Origin: Candidatus Poseidoniaceae archaeon
Lineage (GTDB): Archaea > Thermoplasmatota > Poseidoniia > Poseidoniales > Poseidoniaceae
Length of the DNA stretch: 64,000 bases
Direction: 5' to 3'
Assembly (NCBI GenBank): GCA_938075675.1
Contig: CALJHE010000022.1
Span: forward strand, 8,135 to 72,134
Program-made: the position numbers and the translations under genes
The notes under the pieces: model-generated
The model's input: only the letters and a program-made list of their open reading frames with translations
What the model was told of the DNA's origin: nothing
Database searches by the model: none
In this document: positions 58,397-64,000 of the stretch, piece after piece
Layout: each line of letters begins with the position of its first letter
How positions within the stretch are numbered: position 1 is the first letter of the stretch

Positions 58397-58766
58397 GCAG
58401 AACAATCGAATCTTCCTCAGTTGGTTCAGGGAATCTGGCTCGATGTGGGCACCCCTCGTCAAGAATAGCCTCGTCTTCATGATTGAGAACATTCGGATAG
58501 GTTCTGCATCCTTTCGGCCGGACTTCGTATACTGAGCACATGCCCTCTGCGTTGACATCTGAGGAGGAGGTCAACAGGAAGACGCATGCTCTTGTGCTTT
58601 CGTTGTTGAGCAGCGTGAGAATACCGTTGTTTCTCCACGTAAAGTCTTCAACGGCTAACCCAGTACGGCGGGAGAGCAACGAAGCTTCTGCTTTGGTGAG
58701 CGGCATGGTCGTCTCTCGACAACAAGCTGAACAGCCCATTGGGACACATGGGAGTGAGCGGGCCAT
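58362..58766 (-). CDS. YkgJ/CxxCxxCC cysteine-cluster protein
   Basis: C...CSACC, CVFL, CSVYEVRP.GCR.YP. Confidence 0.85.
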   Translation of the reverse strand: MARSLPCVPMGCSACCRETTMPLTKAEASLLSRRTGLAVEDFTWRNNGILTLLNNESTRACVFLLTSSSDVNAEGMCSVYEVRPKGCRTYPNVLNHEDEAILDEGCPHRARFPEPTEEDSIVLLNLEEQLLHEE

Positions 58767-58821
58767 ATCCGTGCCAAACCATCCGCCTTCTTCAAGAAGG
58801 GGGGGCATCTGGGCAGGTCAA

Positions 58822-58895
58822 GGGCGATTAGGGTAGCCTGGATATCCTGACGGGCTTCGAACCCGTCGACGCGGGTTCGAATCCTGCATCGCCCA
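58822..58895 (+). tRNA. tRNA-Arg(TCG)
   Basis: GGGCGAT..ACGGG CT TCG AA CCCGT..GGTTCGAATCC..ATCGCCC A. Confidence 0.93.
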
Positions 58896-59004
58896 CTTCT
58901 CAGTGGCCTTGTTCGGTCATTTTTTTGTTGGTTGGATTACATTATTCAGCAGCAAGAGGAACTGCTAAGAGCACCGGGCATACACCTGTAATTGAGGGAA
59001 TGAA

Positions 59005-59766
59005 ATGAAACTTCGACTTCATCAGTTTCTCTCGAAGACGGGAGATTTCACCTCGAAGGCAGACGTAAAGCAAGCGATCTGGGACGGCGATGTCACCGTC
59101 AACGGTTCAGTTGTCAAGAACATCGCCTTTGAATTCAATCCAGCCAAGCGAGTTGTCGAATTCCAAGGTCGAGTCCTTAAACTCCCAGTAACCGATTTCT
59201 ATTTCCTGCTTCACAAACCGCAAGGCTACATTTGTTCTCGTCTTAATTCGCAGGAGCGCGAACTCAACAAGACCTCAGTCTATGAGTTGTTTCGGGGCGC
59301 AGTTGAGCCTAAAGTGTTCGAATCACTCGTTACCGTTGGACGGCTTGATGAAGATACAACCGGTTTTCTTCTTGTGACGACGGATGGCAAAATGGTTCAT
59401 GCCATCACAGATCCAAATCGACACATCAAGAAGACATACCGAGTAGAGACCGAACATCCAATTTCTCGCCAAGATATCGATGCCATTCGTGAAGGCGTTG
59501 ATGTATCGGTTGTGGAATTTGGAACTGTAGAAGAGTTCCGCACCCGTGGCGCCCATGTCTATTTGGAAGGCGAACGCTGCGCGATTCTTACCATTGATGA
59601 AGGGAAGAAACGACAGATACGCCGTATGTTCACGACTTTAGGAAACAACGTCGTGCATCTTCACCGTTTGTCAACCGAGGCAATGGTACTCTCTGAATAC
59701 GACCTCAAACCGGGCGAATTTAGTCGAATCACCCGAGAAGATATCAATCGTGCTCTGTTCTCTTGA
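59005..59766 (+). CDS. RsuA/RluB-family pseudouridine synthase
   Basis: S4 domain, HKP.GY, VGRLDEDTTG, K.Y, EGKKRQIRRM, LHR. Confidence 0.9.
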   Translation: MKLRLHQFLSKTGDFTSKADVKQAIWDGDVTVNGSVVKNIAFEFNPAKRVVEFQGRVLKLPVTDFYFLLHKPQGYICSRLNSQERELNKTSVYELFRGAVEPKVFESLVTVGRLDEDTTGFLLVTTDGKMVHAITDPNRHIKKTYRVETEHPISRQDIDAIREGVDVSVVEFGTVEEFRTRGAHVYLEGERCAILTIDEGKKRQIRRMFTTLGNNVVHLHRLSTEAMVLSEYDLKPGEFSRITREDINRALFS

Positions 59767-61084
59767 GGGAATCCTCGTCCTTTATCCGCCATTTTTGCAT
59801 TGAACCGTAGGTAAGGCTGCGCCAAAGCCATTCCGCTGGGCCAAACGAATAACGTTTGAGCCACCACGGACTGAGAGCCAACTGTACCATCCAGATAAGC
59901 AACACAATCACGTAGAGTTCCCACCGTTCAAACACCCCAATGAGTCCAAACCCGGCGCCGGTGAACAGTACGAGGCAAATGAGGGAATGAAGCAAGTAGT
60001 TGCTCAATGCCATTCGGCCTACAGCTGCGAGCCGATTTTTGAGTCCAGACCAAATTTCACCTTGGCAGAACAACATGATCAATCCGAGCCACCCCATCGA
60101 CATTGCAACTCTCCCGAGTTGGTATGTCCCCTGAAAATACCCCGAAACTACGATGGCATCAAAATCAGAGTCAATGGCTTGAAACAATTCGAAACCGTTG
60201 ACTGCTAAACCCAAAGCAAACCCTCCTATCGCCAGTTGAAGATAATTTTTCTTTGAACGCTGTGCTGAGAGAACGCCCATGCGATACAACCCCATGCCGA
60301 GCAGCATCATTCCAACGCAATCCCAGAGCATGTACACTGGCGTAAAAAACAACAAACTGCCAATCACCTTTTTGGCACTGTAATCAGCAATTTCGATGTA
60401 GGAGCCTCGACGGACATCCAGTTCTTCTTCCATGGCAGATTCGTTGTATGTGAATTGATTTTCAGAATCGGTCCACAACGCCGCAAGTTCACGTTCATCA
60501 GGAGAGTGTTCTGCGGAAGGATCTGCATCAATCCTAGCGGCCGCATCTCGCCCCTCTTCGACAAGGACTCCAGAGACTGCAAAGAGGATGGAAGTGCAAA
60601 GTAAGACTGTGGCCGAAAGAATCAACAGCGTCTTTGGTCGAGCATTTCGTAGCGGATAAAGCAGTGCGCCTGCCATGGCGTAGAGGATGAGAATATCACC
60701 TGTCCAAAGCAACACGAAAGAATCGAACATCCCAAACAAAAGAAGAAAAAATGTTCTCTTGTAGTGAAGAAAAGCGCCTTTTTCTTTCCCGGCACGGGTT
60801 CCAAATCCAGTGGCAAACAGGACGATTCCAGCACCAAATAACAAGGAGAATAAACCGCGCATTGAACCTTCGAAAAACAGATTCATGATGCCCCAAACTG
60901 CATAATTTAATTCCGGATTTTTTCCAAGCCCAACCAGTGGATGAAAATATCCTGCTGAAGCCATGCCAAAACCAAGAATGTTGAGCAGAAGAACGCCAAG
61001 CAGCGCCACACCGCGGAGAATATCTAACGAGGCGATACGAGCCGAAACAGCAACAGGAGCGTTCGCCTGAACCGTGTTCTCCAT
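59744..61084 (-). CDS. DUF418 (YeiB-like) membrane protein
   Basis: RIASLDILRG.ALLG, LFS.LFG.G, GDIL..YA, GRMALSNYL, GPAEWLWRSLTYG. Confidence 0.9.
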   Translation of the reverse strand: MENTVQANAPVAVSARIASLDILRGVALLGVLLLNILGFGMASAGYFHPLVGLGKNPELNYAVWGIMNLFFEGSMRGLFSLLFGAGIVLFATGFGTRAGKEKGAFLHYKRTFFLLLFGMFDSFVLLWTGDILILYAMAGALLYPLRNARPKTLLILSATVLLCTSILFAVSGVLVEEGRDAAARIDADPSAEHSPDERELAALWTDSENQFTYNESAMEEELDVRRGSYIEIADYSAKKVIGSLLFFTPVYMLWDCVGMMLLGMGLYRMGVLSAQRSKKNYLQLAIGGFALGLAVNGFELFQAIDSDFDAIVVSGYFQGTYQLGRVAMSMGWLGLIMLFCQGEIWSGLKNRLAAVGRMALSNYLLHSLICLVLFTGAGFGLIGVFERWELYVIVLLIWMVQLALSPWWLKRYSFGPAEWLWRSLTYGSMQKWRIKDEDSLKRTEHD

Positions 61085-61145
61085 GATGGTTGCATGGTGG
61101 CTGAATGGATAAGGATTCAGCAGGAATCATGCCGTGCTCTGTTGA

Positions 61146-62579
61146 TTAGAAGCCGTTTTCGAGCAACCATCCAGTCACAGGGATGTTGTTCGAACGGAGA
61201 ATGGCAGCGGCGTCTTTCAACAAGTTTTGACGCAGTGGGATATTCTGTCGCTGTTCGGCAATGGCAGCGAGTTGAACCAAAGCGTCGGACGCCCCTTCGT
61301 GGTCGTTTGCGGTCTTCGCAAGGCGTAAACTGCGTTCAAATTGGCCGTGCGCTGCATCCAAATTGTTTCTGTAGAGATTTGTGTTGCCGATGTTGAACAG
61401 GGCGATTGCTTCGCCTTGACGATCACCGAGCTGCTTCATGATGGTCAATGAATCGTTGAAGTATTGCTCGGCTTCTTCGAAACGGTCCTGCTCTTCATAA
61501 AACACGCCAAGAAGGTTCAGTGTGTCGGACTGACCGCGTAAATCCGACAGCGTTCTCTTCATTTTCAATGCCATTTTGTAGAGGCGCTCTGCTTCAATTA
61601 AATCGCCTCTTTGTTTTGCCTGCGATGCGAGTTGAACATGGGAATAGGCCTCGCCACGGCGGTCACCGATTTCTCGTTTGATGGCGATGCTTTGATTGGT
61701 TAAGCGCTGCGCATCACTTGGATTACCAAGATGTTCAGCGATGGTTGCAAGATTTGATAGGATGATTGCTTCGCCTTCCATGTCTTTTTGTTTTCTTTTG
61801 ATGATAAGTCCCTGGCGGTAGTGTGTTTGGGCTGCTGGGAAATCTTTCTTGATTTCTAAAATATTCCCTAAACCAATCAGGGCGATGGCAACACCGTTTT
61901 CATCGCTGTACTCTTCTTTAATTTTCAGTGCTTCATTGAACAAGTTTTGGGCTTGGTCGTACTCGTTTCCAACGAAGGCAAGATTCGCCATGGCCAAAAT
62001 GACATCGGCTTCACCGTTTGGCTCGTTAATTTCGTTCTTCATTCCGCGTGCGTTTCTAAAATCAGAATAGGCTTGAGCAAGGTCGCCTTGATTGAGTGCA
62101 ACATATCCGATGTTGATGAGTGCATCAGCCTCGCCGCTGCGATTTCGTTCCGAACGGAAGGTTTCAAGCGCTCGTTCATAGTAGTCCATTGCCGCTTGAA
62201 AGCGACCAGTGAGCCGAGCAGCGTTTCCAAGCCTAAGGTCTGTTGAACCTTGGATATGAACGCCTTGAGATGCCAATTTATCGCTGGATTTGAGAAGGTT
62301 TTTGACGTTCGCCATCTGTTGCTGAGATGGATTTGAGGACTGAATGTTCCCTACAAAGCCAATTTGTTCCAAGGCCAAAACCATCGCTTTAGCAAGGTCT
62401 TCAGGGCTGTTTTGGACAATCGTTTGTGAGGTGAGGTTACCCATGATGACGCTGTCAACAATTTTCTGTTGTGTGTACACTTGAGCGCCGGATGTATGTT
62501 GGGTTTGGGTGCCGACTGGGACCCATTCAGAACCCGTCCATTCCGACTTTCCATCAGGGCTTCGTTGCGGCTCCACCAT
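61146..62579 (-). CDS. tetratricopeptide repeat protein
   Basis: About 9 repeats of about 40 aa (GEA..L.N.G...A...Y..AL); short N-terminal motifs. Confidence 0.88.
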   Translation of the reverse strand: MVEPQRSPDGKSEWTGSEWVPVGTQTQHTSGAQVYTQQKIVDSVIMGNLTSQTIVQNSPEDLAKAMVLALEQIGFVGNIQSSNPSQQQMANVKNLLKSSDKLASQGVHIQGSTDLRLGNAARLTGRFQAAMDYYERALETFRSERNRSGEADALINIGYVALNQGDLAQAYSDFRNARGMKNEINEPNGEADVILAMANLAFVGNEYDQAQNLFNEALKIKEEYSDENGVAIALIGLGNILEIKKDFPAAQTHYRQGLIIKRKQKDMEGEAIILSNLATIAEHLGNPSDAQRLTNQSIAIKREIGDRRGEAYSHVQLASQAKQRGDLIEAERLYKMALKMKRTLSDLRGQSDTLNLLGVFYEEQDRFEEAEQYFNDSLTIMKQLGDRQGEAIALFNIGNTNLYRNNLDAAHGQFERSLRLAKTANDHEGASDALVQLAAIAEQRQNIPLRQNLLKDAAAILRSNNIPVTGWLLENGF

Positions 62580-62701
62580 GAAACGAAGACGAGGTAGTCC
62601 AGTATCTAAGTATTGTATACTTGGGTAAATCCTTCGGGCTTTATCGTGATACTGTTAAATGATACATCTGTGGCTGTAAGTGCGAACAGGGAGGTATCAA
62701 T

Positions 62702-64000
62702 GTGGTGAAAATTGCGATTTATGTCGACACTTCCGGTTCGATGAATGAACGAATTAAGGGCGAAATGGACGCTAATTTTGCGAACGTACGTCCATCGATA
62801 TTTCGAAGTTTCATGCGTTCAATCGGTATGTCTGGAAAAGTGAAGAAGAGCCGTGTCGCTCAAGCCATGTGGGAGAATCTGGTTCCAACATTCAAAGACC
62901 GCCAAACCAAGATTTCGACCATCAACAGCCGAGGTCGTTCAAAGGTACTTGCGCCACTCGATTTCCGAAGTCATGATGAATTAATGAACATCCAATTTCC
63001 AAATCCGTACGGTGGGACATACCTCTGGGAATTTTTGGTTCATGAAGCAAAGGAGTTGAGCAAAGACAGCGTTGACTGGCTGTTTTTCCTCATCAGTGAC
63101 GGTATGGACATGAGCTCGTCACCACCGTTCAACGGCATCAACGGTTTTCAACCCTGTATTGAAGCCATCAAAGAAATCGGCATCGATGTTGAATTCCATA
63201 TCATTGGACTCGGCTTACCAAGCGACTCTGTCAATGTCTTCCGCCAAGTGAGCGGTGCGAGCGGCGGTTCATTTGTGAACATCGTTGAAGCGGGCGATGA
63301 TGTTGAGCAGGCCATCGAAGAAGTCGGTGGAGCTGTAGAAGAATCGCTGAATCCGATTGCTCGCATGGCAAGCCGTCAACGGCGCCAGCAAGAATACCTT
63401 GAATCTCGACAAGAAGGGGACCTTGAAATCACAACTGAAGAGCCACCTGCATCACAACCGTACTCCGGTTATACCTACGGTGAAACCGTGATTGAAGACA
63501 CAAATCCAGAGCAACTATCGCAATGGCAAACCGATTTGGTTCGAATCCGTGGAGATGAGAAAATTGAAAACATTCAAGCCTACGAAAATTGGGTTTCGAT
63601 GCGTTCAACCCCGATGTTCTCTGACACCCCAGGTATTCCAGTCGATTCTTGGGCTCTTTCCGCTGATGATGTTTCGATGATTGCCAGTATGAAAATTGAT
63701 AATTTGTTTACTTTCCTCTCGCAAATTCGCCGTTCAGATGTTCCGATTGAGAATCGTCGGATCATTATTCGAGGAGATAACGTACCTGAATCATTGCTTG
63801 ACACGCTTGCGAACTCGGGTGCTCGCGTCGTAATTTATCCTGATGAATTGCCCCCACCGCCGCCACCGGAATTGGGTGATGAGAAGTGGGAGCGCAACGA
63901 GTACGATTTCAACGATAATCCAACACGCGCTTGGGAAATATATCCTCACCTTGGGCGCAGTAAGGCGCGTAGTGCAGTTGTTATCGATCCTCCTCTTTAT
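62702..64000 (+). CDS. vWA domain protein, 3' partial (absent from the ORF track)
   Basis: GGAGGT upstream; GTG GTG AAA ATT... translates VVKIAIYVDTSGSM...GGTYLW...LISDG...HIIGLG; frame open to the window end. Confidence 0.8.
   Translation, partial: MVKIAIYVDTSGSMNERIKGEMDANFANVRPSIFRSFMRSIGMSGKVKKSRVAQAMWENLVPTFKDRQTKISTINSRGRSKVLAPLDFRSHDELMNIQFPNPYGGTYLWEFLVHEAKELSKDSVDWLFFLISDGMDMSSSPPFNGINGFQPCIEAIKEIGIDVEFHIIGLGLPSDSVNVFRQVSGASGGSFVNIVEAGDDVEQAIEEVGGAVEESLNPIARMASRQRRQQEYLESRQEGDLEITTEEPPASQPYSGYTYGETVIEDTNPEQLSQWQTDLVRIRGDEKIENIQAYENWVSMRSTPMFSDTPGIPVDSWALSADDVSMIASMKIDNLFTFLSQIRRSDVPIENRRIIIRGDNVPESLLDTLANSGARVVIYPDELPPPPPPELGDEKWERNEYDFNDNPTRAWEIYPHLGRSKARSAVVIDPPLY

Noticed and set aside
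58822-58895. tRNA body resembling tRNA-Pro with an Arg anticodon
   Set aside because: This D-arm type with A20 is normal for euryarchaeal tRNA-Arg; no evidence of recoding

Overview
Gene-dense archaeal chromosomal segment. Archaeal markers include TFB, Topo VI A/B, PriL, FEN1, RpoP, Sec61beta and an RFC small-subunit paralog. They sit beside many bacterial-type enzymes (homodimeric AceE, ATP-PckA, GalU, RNase HI, RsuA-type pseudouridine synthase, PlsC-superfamily acyltransferase). This mix most resembles Marine Group II Euryarchaeota (Poseidoniales); that assignment is inferred from gene content, not from a search. I annotate about 57 CDS and three tRNAs (Arg-CCT, Asp-GTC, Arg-TCG), and see no rRNA, CRISPR array, integrase or transposase. 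Highlights: (1) a 1696-aa surface protein with integrin-alpha-like architecture (7 propeller-blade repeats with an inserted MIDAS vWA domain, Ig-like stalk, TM anchor); (2) a head-to-tail dimer of a 70-aa ubiquitin/ThiS-like unit ending AG plus one capping residue, like a polyubiquitin precursor; (3) short N-terminal motifs shared between unrelated accessory proteins; (4) a TTCAA/TTGAA element centred between divergent genes at near-fixed spacing; (5) apparent pseudo-enzymes (SdhA-like, class II aldolase/adducin-like) and a multi-SPFH protein. All calls come from reading the sequence by eye; no database searches were run.
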